48,777 bases of DNA. Origin: an uncultured bacterium (GTDB taxonomy: Bacteria > Patescibacteriota > Minisyncoccia > Minisyncoccales > JAQTVQ01). Below, piece by piece: positions 9,345 to 16,117 of this stretch. A program made the translations under genes and the position numbers. The stretch is taken from the NCBI GenBank assembly GCA_903839905.1, contig CAIMDX010000020.1:1-48777 (forward strand), given 5' to 3'. The notes beneath the pieces are model-generated. The model did not search any database and was not told the DNA's origin. It saw only the letters and a list, made by a program, of their open reading frames with translations. Every line of letters starts with the position of its first letter. The first letter of the stretch is position 1.

Positions 9345-9590
9345 CTAACTTCTCCGCAAGGCCCTAACAACGGCAATCAACACAACCGCTCCGAGCAATG
9401 CGACCAAAAAACTGTAAATGTTAAAACCGGTTACTCCGCTTTTTCCGAAATAGTCCATAATCCAGCCGCCCAATGAAGCACCAATCATACCAACGATAAT
9501 ATCAATCAATAATCCATTCGCTCCGCCCATAATCATAGAAGCGACCCAGCCTACTAATGCGCCAAAAATAATATAAATAAGAATTGACAT
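9345..9590 (-). CDS. GlsB/YeaQ/YmgE-family (transglycosylase-associated) small membrane protein
   Basis: 81 aa. Glycine-zipper TM segments GALVGWVAS...IVGMIGASLGGW. Confidence 0.8.
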   Translation of the reverse strand: MSILIYIIFGALVGWVASMIMGGANGLLIDIIVGMIGASLGGWIMDYFGKSGVTGFNIYSFLVALLGAVVLIAVVRALRRS

Positions 9591-9598
9591 AAATTTTG

Positions 9599-9997
9599 TT
9601 ATTTATCTTCTTTATTTAATTTATCTGCAGCTTCCGGCGTGGAAACTGTTTTACCAATTAACAAAAGTTTGATTATGGCAAAAGCAATAAACCAGTAGAC
9701 TAACATTGCCAAAAGCGTAGTCCACTCAAAAGCGCTTCCTAGTACTTCCGTGATGCCAAAAACACTTAAAAAAGGAGAGACAAGGAATGTTGTCATGGAA
9801 TAGACAAAACTAGCAAACCCGGACTCCGGGTTAGCGCCGAGCAACTTTAAAACAAACCGCAACGCCAATATTGCTTCCATAAAATACAAAAGATACCAAA
9901 TAATTTGAGTACCGCGATATATCGGTTTTGTGGTTGAAGAATTGTACGACGAATCCATATATTTTTTATATTTAATAATTATCTTTTTATGACTCAA
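9599..9997 (-). CDS. YggT-like integral membrane protein
   Basis: 132 aa. LALRFVLKLLGANPESGFASFVYSMTTFLVSPF resembles YggT-family repeats. An alternative start at MDSS (9958) is possible. Confidence 0.5.
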   Translation of the reverse strand: MSHKKIIIKYKKYMDSSYNSSTTKPIYRGTQIIWYLLYFMEAILALRFVLKLLGANPESGFASFVYSMTTFLVSPFLSVFGITEVLGSAFEWTTLLAMLVYWFIAFAIIKLLLIGKTVSTPEAADKLNKEDK

Positions 9998-10041
9998 GAT
10001 GCGGTCTCGACAACCGTCGCGTATCCGTTAGTTACGCTTTA

Positions 10042-10050
10042 ATTATAGCA
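10042..10050 (-). promoter_or_regulatory. Extended -10 element (TGCTATAAT)
   Basis: The minus strand reads TGCTATAAT, about 45 nt upstream of the ATG at 9997. Confidence 0.35.
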
Positions 10051-10092
10051 TATAATTGATACTAATATGTTAGACGGCTCTACCATAAACAA

Positions 10093-10114
10093 AATCCGGA
10101 CAAATGTCCGGATT
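10093..10114 (-). terminator. Rho-independent terminator after the 270-aa gene
   Basis: The minus strand reads AATCCGGACA-TT-TGTCCGGATT followed by TTTG. Confidence 0.6.
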
Positions 10115-10118
10115 GGAA

Positions 10119-10148
10119 TGGGGTGGAGTAGCGAACGATGTTAGAACC
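10119..10148 (-). repeat. 30-nt conserved motif, copy A
   Basis: The minus strand reads GGTTCTAACATCGTTCGCTACTCCACCCCA. Related copies are at 11108-11138 and 12834-12864. Each lies just 3' of a minus-strand accessory gene. Confidence 0.7.
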
Positions 10149-10190
10149 GAGATTGTGAAATTTATTCGTCAGAATTAATTCTTAATCTTG

Positions 10191-11003
10191 TTAATCTGAA
10201 AAGCTAAAAGTGGAAAGTATTTGATTGAAAATTGAATAATTATCTTTGATGTTTTGGTCATTAAGAAATTGATATGTGTTTATATATTCTGCAATTTCGT
10301 CATATGGCTTATCTATATCAAAAAATACCAGATTCGGACTACTAATCAAAATGTTTGTAAATACAGGCCCATCTAAGGGGATTAGTATTGTCTCTTCTAC
10401 GCATTGTTCGGAATAAGAATTTATCCGGAAAAAACGAACCGAAGCCTTACCTCCGATTGGTTGGCGTTGCATTTTTAAGATAGAACCTCCTCCCTTTCCT
10501 AATTGCGAGTTTATCTCCTTCTGCAGCTCATTATCAGTTAATGTTAAATCTATCTTTTTTCCGGCATAGGAGAAACAGCAACCTTCGCCAACTCCTTGGC
10601 TATAGTCAGGTGAAGTGGCTTGAATGGTAACGGAAAAATTTTGGTCTAAATTTTGGATTGTTATTGTTCTCATCTGACCTGAGTCAAACCCTTTCATTTC
10701 TTTTCCTTCGCTCACTTTATAATCTTCTGGATATCTAAATTCTAAATTAATCTCATCATTCCGATAAGTTTTCCAAGTGGCATCGTCTACTGTTCCTGAG
10801 GGGCTCTCTACAACTTCTCCTCTGCCCTGATTCCTTTCTAACGCCTTTTGCTGCTCTTGCTGCTGACTTTGAGTAAATATTTCTGCTGATTTTTTATCAA
10901 AATACTGTTGGTATAAAAAAATGCCGGTCCCTGCCAGGACAGCACAAACAGCAACAATGCCTAAATATTTAACATTAGTTTTCCCTTGGGTGATGAAAGG
11001 CAT
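10191..11003 (-). CDS. Signal-anchored hypothetical protein (paralog family MPFITQGKTN...)
   Basis: 270 aa. The N-terminal 38 aa (MPFITQGKTNVKYLGIVAVCAVLAGTGIFLYQQYFDKK) are near-identical to those of the 208-aa neighbour. The rest is unrelated. Confidence 0.7.
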   Translation of the reverse strand: MPFITQGKTNVKYLGIVAVCAVLAGTGIFLYQQYFDKKSAEIFTQSQQQEQQKALERNQGRGEVVESPSGTVDDATWKTYRNDEINLEFRYPEDYKVSEGKEMKGFDSGQMRTITIQNLDQNFSVTIQATSPDYSQGVGEGCCFSYAGKKIDLTLTDNELQKEINSQLGKGGGSILKMQRQPIGGKASVRFFRINSYSEQCVEETILIPLDGPVFTNILISSPNLVFFDIDKPYDEIAEYINTYQFLNDQNIKDNYSIFNQILSTFSFSD

Positions 11004-11014
11004 GGTTGAGAGTC

Positions 11015-11044
11015 GTTAAAGTTATGTCTCCATTCTACCAAAAA
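11015..11044 (-). promoter_or_regulatory. Conserved promoter/leader module P1 (extended -10 TGGTAGAAT)
   Basis: The minus strand reads TTTTTGGTAGAATGGAGACATAACTTTAAC. The -10 is at 11032-11040, 28 nt upstream of the ATG. Confidence 0.55.
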
Positions 11045-11066
11045 GCCGCCTAGAATATAAGACGGC
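11045..11066 (-). terminator. Terminator hairpin fused to module P1
   Basis: The minus strand reads GCCGTCT-TATATTCT-AGGCGGC. Its T-run is the 5' part of P1. Confidence 0.55.
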
Positions 11067-11107
11067 TCTTGTGGAAAAGACTACTTTCCGAGTACTGTTT
11101 GGGTGGC

Positions 11108-11138
11108 GTAGTGGATGATATCAGAACTAAAATAGTGA
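11108..11138 (-). repeat. 30-nt conserved motif, copy B
   Basis: The minus strand reads AGTTCTGATATCATCCACTACGCCACCCAAA. Confidence 0.6.
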
Positions 11139-11192
11139 TAGTTGGAAAGATTTTTATGCCGAAGTTGGCTCTTGGCAGATAATGGCAAAATT

Positions 11193-11819
11193 TTAATTAA
11201 AAACAATATTTTTTATTACTTTTCCGATTTCAACATCTGTTAATGTAGTTACATAAAATATTTTTTGATGTTCGGCAAAATAATAATAATAATTGGCCGG
11301 ATCTCCTTCGACTTTTATTTTATATCCAGAATATCCGTAAATGCTCACTTTTTCTTTTTCGTCCCAATATAAAAAACCGTACTCTTTATTCATTTTTTCC
11401 ATCCATTGATCCAATGTCAAATTGTCCAAGTTGTCTTCGGAAAAAATACTAGCTATCGAAGGGCATAGGACGCAATGATTAATTATCCCCTCTTTCCCAT
11501 AAAAATCCGCCGCTCCCGCCTCATTTGTTCTGACAACCAGATATGGAAGAATACTTATTTCGTATCCTCGGGCAATATTTTTGATAATTTTCTCATCGGT
11601 CTTCACTTCAATGCTCGCACCTGCAGGCAAAATATCTTTTATGTCCTGATCTTTTAAAACATCTACTGATTGATCGTTTGCAGATGATTGATAAACTATC
11701 TCTGTCTTTTTATCTAGATCCTGCTGGTATAAAAAAATACCTGCCCCGACAAGGACAGCTACAATTAAAACAATGGCTAAATATTTAAAATTGGTTTTTC
11801 CTTGAGTGATAAAAGGCAT
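11193..11819 (-). CDS. Signal-anchored hypothetical protein (paralog family MPFITQGKTN...)
   Basis: 208 aa. It shares the N-terminal anchor with 10191-11003 but has a divergent extracytoplasmic domain. Confidence 0.7.
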   Translation of the reverse strand: MPFITQGKTNFKYLAIVLIVAVLVGAGIFLYQQDLDKKTEIVYQSSANDQSVDVLKDQDIKDILPAGASIEVKTDEKIIKNIARGYEISILPYLVVRTNEAGAADFYGKEGIINHCVLCPSIASIFSEDNLDNLTLDQWMEKMNKEYGFLYWDEKEKVSIYGYSGYKIKVEGDPANYYYYFAEHQKIFYVTTLTDVEIGKVIKNIVFN

Positions 11820-11830
11820 ATTTGATGACA

Positions 11831-11860
11831 GTTAAAATTATGTCTCTATTCTACCAAAAA
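11831..11860 (-). promoter_or_regulatory. Conserved promoter/leader module P2
   Basis: The minus strand reads TTTTTGGTAGAATAGAGACATAATTTTAAC. The -10 is at 11848-11856. Confidence 0.55.
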
Positions 11861-11891
11861 GCCGTCCCCTCCTCCATAGAAAGGGACGGCT
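11860..11891 (-). terminator. Terminator hairpin fused to module P2 (after mazF)
   Basis: The minus strand reads AGCCGTCCC-(13-nt loop)-GGGGACGGCT followed by TTTTT. Confidence 0.6.
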
Positions 11892-11973
11892 TGTGGAAAC
11901 GATGGATTATAAATTTATGAATAAAAAGTTCAAGAATCTATAGAAAAAATCTTCTAAGAAAACAAAAAATAAT

Positions 11974-12336
11974 TCACAGGCCTGCCAAACCCAAGCTAAT
12001 CTCTAAGGATTGGTTAACTTTTTCCATTAAAGCCGAATCAAAAATCGCCAGTTTCTTCACTAAACGCTGTTTATCTATCGCCCGAATTTGATTAAGTAAA
12101 ACCACACACCTCTTATCCAAATCGCTCTGTTTGGCCTCCACAAACACCTCGGTCGGATAAATCCGCTCGCCAATCTGGGAAGTAATCGCGGCCACAATAG
12201 TTACAGGGCTATAGCGGTTTGCAATATCATTTTGAATAATCAAAGCTGGCCTCGTTTTTTTAATTTCCGAGCCAATAGTCGGATCAAAATTAACTAAATA
12301 AACCTCGCCTCGTTTTGGAATTATTTGCTTGGGCAT
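11974..12336 (-). CDS. mazF: Type II toxin, PemK/MazF-family endoribonuclease
   Basis: 120 aa. RGEVYLVNFDPTIGSEIKKTRPALIIQND and VTIVAAITS are the classical MazF/PemK core. Confidence 0.88.
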   Translation of the reverse strand: MPKQIIPKRGEVYLVNFDPTIGSEIKKTRPALIIQNDIANRYSPVTIVAAITSQIGERIYPTEVFVEAKQSDLDKRCVVLLNQIRAIDKQRLVKKLAIFDSALMEKVNQSLEISLGLAGL

Positions 12337-12599
12337 ATCTCATCATCAATTAAAAACCACTCTTCTACCAAATTCAAGTCCCGCGAAGCGTTAGCCATCG
12401 CCCCCTCTTTTAGCTGCTTTCTTAAATTAGCCTGGCTCATTTCCTTTGCGAAATAGCGAATCGCCTGGTCAACTAACCGGCTCCTGTCTCCTCGCTTAGC
12501 AATCTTTTCAAGCAATTTAACTGTTTCTTTTGGAAGAGTAATGTCTATCCGTTGATAAGTTGTAGAATTGTTTTGGGTTTCCATATTCTTATTATACAC
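12321..12599 (-). CDS. Ribbon-helix-helix (CopG-like) antitoxin
   Basis: 92 aa. IDITLPKETVKLLEKIAKRGDRSRLVDQAIRYF fits an RHH fold. It overlaps the toxin start by 16 nt. An alternative start is at 12584. Confidence 0.7.
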   Translation of the reverse strand: MYNKNMETQNNSTTYQRIDITLPKETVKLLEKIAKRGDRSRLVDQAIRYFAKEMSQANLRKQLKEGAMANASRDLNLVEEWFLIDDEICPSK

Positions 12600-12687
12600 A
12601 TTGCAAATGTGTAGTCAAATTTTACCCGTTTTCAAATTTTTTAAAACCCCAGCGGACCTTGCGGCTGGCTGGGGCGTTGATATCAAC

Positions 12688-12716
12688 AATAAGTTATGCC
12701 TCCATTCTATCAAAAA
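12688..12716 (-). promoter_or_regulatory. Conserved promoter/leader module P3 (TGATAGAAT)
   Basis: The minus strand reads TTTTTGATAGAATGGAGGCATAACTTATT, upstream of the RHH-MazF operon. Confidence 0.5.
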
Positions 12717-12723
12717 TCCCTAC

Positions 12724-12739
12724 CCTGCCAGTAGGCAGG
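12724..12739. repeat. GC-clamp hairpin CCTGCC-AGTA-GGCAGG
   Basis: Member of an 8-copy family. It is followed by a second hairpin, CCGCC-GGTT-GGCGG (12747-12760). Confidence 0.8.
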
Positions 12740-12833
12740 CGCCCTTCCGCCGGTTGGCGGATGTTAAGCGGCTGGAAGTTTGTCTAAAAACTAACGGCTG
12801 GAAACTGAGAACTATTTTGAACTTCGTTTAAAA

Positions 12834-12864
12834 TTGGGGTGGGCTGGTAGACGACGTTAGAACT
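12834..12864 (-). repeat. 30-nt conserved motif, copy C
   Basis: The minus strand reads AGTTCTAACGTCGTCTACCAGCCCACCCCAA, followed by the hairpin ATTTTAAAC-GAA-GTTCAAAAT. Confidence 0.65.
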
Positions 12865-12968
12865 AATATGCAAAAACAAAATGGATATATCATATGCATC
12901 CCGATTATCAAAGAGAGCGTGGCATCCCGACGCAGACTAATCATCGGTTAACAGTCCAACTCCCTTAT

Positions 12969-13412
12969 TCAAACGGCCTTATCTTTCATGCTGTCAAAAG
13001 CCTTAATAATGGTTTCACCGAACTCTTCATCAGAACAGTCATAATTCAAGCTCCCGAATTTACTTTGAATATGGAATCCACCATTTTTAACAATTTTATC
13101 AATCAAAATTTGTTTAGGATCTTCCAGGAATATAGTTACTATCAAGTAGAGTTTGCTTCGTTTAGCTTTAAGAATGCTTTCAACCTTATAGCTGTAACCA
13201 TCACTTAATTTAAAATCATCGCCACCGGCAATTTTATAAGCATTTCTTACCATGTAACCTAAAAACTTCAAATCGGGTAATGGATCGATTATTATTGCAT
13301 CTAACTGTCTTGTGGCTGGAATTTCTCGTCCATCGTATACCTCTACCGTATGTATATTTGGATATAATATGAATAATTTTTTACTTTTATGCACACCTAT
13401 TTTTATAAACAT
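12969..13412 (-). CDS. Hypothetical cytoplasmic protein (orphan)
   Basis: 147-aa ORF with no signal peptide and no motif I recognise. Third gene of a three-gene string downstream of tRNA-His. Confidence 0.55.
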   Translation of the reverse strand: MFIKIGVHKSKKLFILYPNIHTVEVYDGREIPATRQLDAIIIDPLPDLKFLGYMVRNAYKIAGGDDFKLSDGYSYKVESILKAKRSKLYLIVTIFLEDPKQILIDKIVKNGGFHIQSKFGSLNYDCSDEEFGETIIKAFDSMKDKAV

Positions 13413-13484
13413 ATTCTTATGACATTAAATTATTAACAATCTACTGTTTGATACTGGTAAAGGTAGTGCCAACAAAAAGTTTGC

Positions 13485-13790
13485 TTAACGTTTAGATATA
13501 TAATATAAAATTCCTTCCGTCATTCCTTTTATGGCTCTGTCGACATTATCTTGAGGCATCTCTTTATTTAAAAATATGCCTTCTAATTTTTTGGATATTG
13601 CTTCTTTGCTGCACGGACCAGCTTCAACTATTTTAATTACCTGCTCTATGTAGGAATCATATTCATTAGTCGGTGCCCATGCCCCATAAATAAGATTCCA
13701 TGGGTCCCAATATGCCAACATATTGTGGATATAATCATGTAGAGCAAGAGTCGATGAATTTTGTTGATAATTTTTATGTCCCTTTTCCAT
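13485..13790 (-). CDS. Hypothetical small protein, DUF1871/immunity-protein-like
   Basis: 101 aa. The WDPWNLIYGAWAPTNEYDSYIEQVIKIV pattern (WDP...EYD.Y) recalls YugE/DUF1871-type small helical proteins. The match is weak. Confidence 0.5.
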   Translation of the reverse strand: MEKGHKNYQQNSSTLALHDYIHNMLAYWDPWNLIYGAWAPTNEYDSYIEQVIKIVEAGPCSKEAISKKLEGIFLNKEMPQDNVDRAIKGMTEGILYYISKR

Positions 13791-13809
13791 ATAACTATAT
13801 TTATGAATA

Positions 13810-14229
13810 TTATTTAAATAAGTCTAGAATTTCTTTACCGCTATGAACAGTAATTGGATCTCCTAATGATTTAATCATATCTATCGGCAAGTTACTGATC
13901 GTATCAGCTAGACCGACAATTGGATGACTTCCCGGCCAATACAATACGTAATTATCCGATTTTAAAAAATCGTAAAGATAATCCCAAAATAGACCTCGTC
14001 CGGTTACTCGATTAATAGCCAAGCTGAGTAAATTTTCTGGATTGTTTTTATCTTCTGTAAGATAAAATTGGCCGCCATCTGGTATATTTTTTGAGAAATT
14101 AACATGCAAAAGATTAAATTCTGGCTCTTCTTTAATTATGTAAGGTTTTAATTTCTCTATTAATTTTGATTTGCTAAATGGTTCTATCTCTCCTTGTTTT
14201 GTTCGGCTTATAAATAATTCGCTGCTCAT
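13810..14229 (-). CDS. Hypothetical cytoplasmic protein (orphan)
   Basis: 139-aa ORF, first gene after module P4. Confidence 0.55.
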   Translation of the reverse strand: MSSELFISRTKQGEIEPFSKSKLIEKLKPYIIKEEPEFNLLHVNFSKNIPDGGQFYLTEDKNNPENLLSLAINRVTGRGLFWDYLYDFLKSDNYVLYWPGSHPIVGLADTISNLPIDMIKSLGDPITVHSGKEILDLFK

Positions 14230-14297
14230 ATTTGTTTTATTAATTCATCGGATAATAAAAAATGACCAATTTATCCAAATTAGCAATAATAATGGAT

Positions 14298-14321
14298 ATT
14301 GTTCTTCTATTCTACCAAAAA
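14298..14321 (-). promoter_or_regulatory. Conserved promoter/leader module P4
   Basis: The minus strand reads TTTTTGGTAGAATAGAAGAACAAT. The -10 is at 14309-14317, directly downstream of tRNA-His. Confidence 0.5.
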
Positions 14322-14360
14322 GCTGCCTTTTCGGCGACTTCTTGCAGTTCTGATTTTACT

Positions 14361-14436
14361 TGGGGTGGCCAAGGAGATTCGAACTCCCGCTAAGAACTCC
14401 ACAGGTTCTAGTGCTAACCGCTACACTATGGCCACC
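14361..14436 (-). tRNA. tRNA-His (anticodon GUG)
   Basis: 76 nt including an encoded G-1 opposite C73 and an encoded CCA. Anticodon loop CUGUGGA, T-loop TTCGAAT. Confidence 0.9.
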
Positions 14437-14556
14437 ATGAATTTTTGCTTTGGCAAAAATTAGTTATTAGTATCTAGTTTTCAGTTTCTAGACAACGCGC
14501 CTTCTAAAAGCTAAAAACTGACAACTATCAACTATTTTGAGCTTCGCTCAAAATTG

Positions 14557-14628
14557 TGCCCCCAGTAGGAGTCGAACCTACATCTAGAACTTAGAAGGTT
14601 CCTATTCTATCCGTTGAACTATGGGGGC
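14557..14628 (-). tRNA. tRNA-Arg (anticodon UCU)
   Basis: 72-nt cloverleaf. Acceptor GCCCCCA/TGGGGGC, anticodon loop CUUCUAA, T-loop TTCGACT. No CCA encoded. Followed by a perfect 9-bp hairpin at 14534-14554. Confidence 0.88.
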
Positions 14629-14638
14629 GTGCTTTGGC

Positions 14639-14680
14639 AGGTGGGGAAAACCTTTACTCTGTCCATTGAGCTATGGGAAC
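14639..14680 (-). pseudogene. Possible tRNA 5'-half remnant (Gly-UCC-like)
   Basis: The minus strand reads GTTCCCA-TA-GCTC-AATGGACA-GAGT-A-AGGT-TTTCCCC-ACCT. An acceptor strand, D-arm and anticodon arm can be drawn. There is no T-arm or 3' acceptor strand before the next tRNA. Confidence 0.3.
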
Positions 14681-14791
14681 AAAGTAAAATCATAAATTTT
14701 ACTTTTCAAGCGTACCAAAAAAAGGCCAAAAAATCAATAAAAATAATGGTTTTGGCTTTGACCGAAGCTTTCAAAAATGATATAAACTACC

Positions 14792-14820
14792 TTGTACTTC
14801 GGTGCGAATCTATTTAAAAT
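14792..14820 (+). promoter_or_regulatory. Sigma70-like promoter for tRNA-Pro/tRNA-Gly
   Basis: TTGTAC - 17 nt - TAAAAT, ending 20 nt before the tRNA-Pro 5' end. Confidence 0.4.
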
Positions 14821-14840
14821 CTACCATATAAAATTTCTAA

Positions 14841-14911
14841 CGGGGTGTAGTGTAACGGTAGCACGAGTCCTTTGGGAGGATTTAGTTAGGGTTCGAATCC
14901 CTCCACCCCGA
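14841..14911 (+). tRNA. tRNA-Pro (anticodon UGG)
   Basis: 71 nt. Acceptor CGGGGTG/CACCCCG, anticodon loop UUUGGGA, T-loop TTCGAAT. No CCA encoded. Confidence 0.88.
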
Positions 14912-14961
14912 CAGTAAAAAAATATTTTAAGGAATATTGGCAAAAACTGAAAAACATAATT

Positions 14962-15032
14962 GCGGGCATAGTATAGTAGCATTACTTTTCCCTTCCAAGG
15001 AAAAAACACGGGTGCAAATCCCGTTGCCCGCT
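14962..15032 (+). tRNA. tRNA-Gly (anticodon UCC) with non-canonical D- and T-loops
   Basis: 71 nt. Acceptor GCGGGCA/TGCCCGC with U73, anticodon loop CUUCCAA. The D-loop is AGTAGCA (A in place of G18). The T-loop is TGCAAAT (G in place of U55). Confidence 0.8.
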
Positions 15033-15140
15033 CACTGATTAGCTTGTAGTTTGTAGGAATTAGCTTATAGGGGCGTCCGGACGAACTTCGGCTTAACTTA
15101 TAGCCTGCCATTAAACCGCCTTTTCGATGGTTTTTTACTG

Positions 15141-15175
15141 TTGACACTAATTTAACCAAAGTATATACTTTGGTT
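15141..15175 (+). promoter_or_regulatory. Promoter (TTGACA-17-TATACT) with overlapping 22-bp perfect palindromic operator
   Basis: -35 at 15141-15146 and -10 at 15164-15169. The palindrome AACCAAAGTATATACTTTGGTT spans 15154-15175 and ends at the antitoxin ATG (15176). Confidence 0.7.
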
Positions 15176-15451
15176 ATGAAAACAATCATTAATGTAAAAG
15201 CAGATAAAGATGTGAAAGAAGATGCCCAAAAACTAGCTAAAGATCTTGGGTTGTCTTTAAGCGCTGTTGTGAACGCCTACCTTAAGCAATTCGTTCGGAC
15301 CCGCCGGGTTGATTTTTCAATTGCCCCATCAATGTCCCCTGTCCTAGAAAAATTGCTAGGAGGGATAGAATTAGACATAAAAAAGAACCGCAATCTCTCT
15401 CCAGTGATGTCTTCCAAGAAAGATATTGATGATCGCCTTTCTTCTTTATGA
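15176..15451 (+). CDS. RelB/DinJ-family antitoxin
   Basis: 91 aa from the ATG at 15176 (the ORF track starts at a TTG at 15170). INVKADKDVKEDAQKLAKDLGLSLSAVVNAYLKQFV is a DinJ-like RHH N-terminus. Confidence 0.8.
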   Translation: MKTIINVKADKDVKEDAQKLAKDLGLSLSAVVNAYLKQFVRTRRVDFSIAPSMSPVLEKLLGGIELDIKKNRNLSPVMSSKKDIDDRLSSL

Positions 15452-15708
15452 TAGTCCACTTCCACAAAAATTTTGAAAAAAACTACCAAAGACTTGGAAA
15501 AGAAGAAAAAGAAAAGACAAAAAATCGCTTGAAAATATTCATGGATGATTCTTTCGGCCGCCAGCTAAATAACCACCCCCTAAAAGGAAAGTATGAGGAT
15601 TATCGCAGCATCAATATTTCGGGCGACTTGCGCGCTATCTATAAATATATAAGCGACAACGAGTGCGTTTTCGTGGAAATCGGCACACATAGCGAACTTT
15701 ATTCATAA
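15448..15708 (+). CDS. YafQ/RelE-family mRNA interferase toxin
   Basis: 86 aa. ATGA overlap with the antitoxin. NNHPLKGKYEDYRSINISGDLRAIY...IGTHSELY is the RelE/YafQ core. Confidence 0.8.
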   Translation: MIVHFHKNFEKNYQRLGKEEKEKTKNRLKIFMDDSFGRQLNNHPLKGKYEDYRSINISGDLRAIYKYISDNECVFVEIGTHSELYS

Positions 15709-15713
15709 CAACT

Positions 15714-15736
15714 AAAAACCGCCAGCGGCGGTTTTT
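15714..15736. terminator. Bidirectional rho-independent terminator
   Basis: AAAAA-CCGCC-AGC-GGCGG-TTTTT, between the convergent toxin and HU genes. Confidence 0.75.
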
Positions 15737-15758
15737 AGTTTATATATCGCAATAAAAA

Positions 15759-16031
15759 CTATCTGACGGCGTCTTTTAAGCCTTTTCCTGCTTTAAATTT
15801 AGGAACAGTCATAGCCGGAATTTTTAAGGCTTCTCCGGTTTTCGGATTGCGGCCTGCGCGGGCGGCTCTTTTGGAAACTTTAAAAGTTCCGAAACCGGTC
15901 AAAGTAACCTGGTCTCCTTTTGATAAAGCTTTGGTAATTTCGTCAAGAATAATATCAATGGACTCGTTGGCTTGAGTTTTGGAAACAGCCAATTTTTTGA
16001 CTAATGCTTCAATTAATTCTGCTTTTGTCAT
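15759..16031 (-). CDS. hup: HU-family DNA-binding protein
   Basis: 90 aa. GFGTFKVSKRAARAGRNPKTGEALKIPA is the canonical HU arm. Confidence 0.92.
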   Translation of the reverse strand: MTKAELIEALVKKLAVSKTQANESIDIILDEITKALSKGDQVTLTGFGTFKVSKRAARAGRNPKTGEALKIPAMTVPKFKAGKGLKDAVR

Positions 16032-16117
16032 AGGTGTGTATTTTTTAAGATTTGTTTTAAATTAAACGGCTTAAATGTGTAAGTCGACCTTTTTTGATTA
16101 TTATCTATAATATCAAA

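Noticed and set aside
12568-13208. Plus-strand ORFs 12568-12831 (87 aa) and 12894-13208 (104 aa)
   Set aside because: They overlap promoter and repeat DNA or are antisense to better-supported minus-strand genes. They have no start signals.
14821-15189. 122-aa minus-strand ORF
   Set aside because: It runs antisense through tRNA-Pro(UGG) and tRNA-Gly(UCC), so it is not coding.
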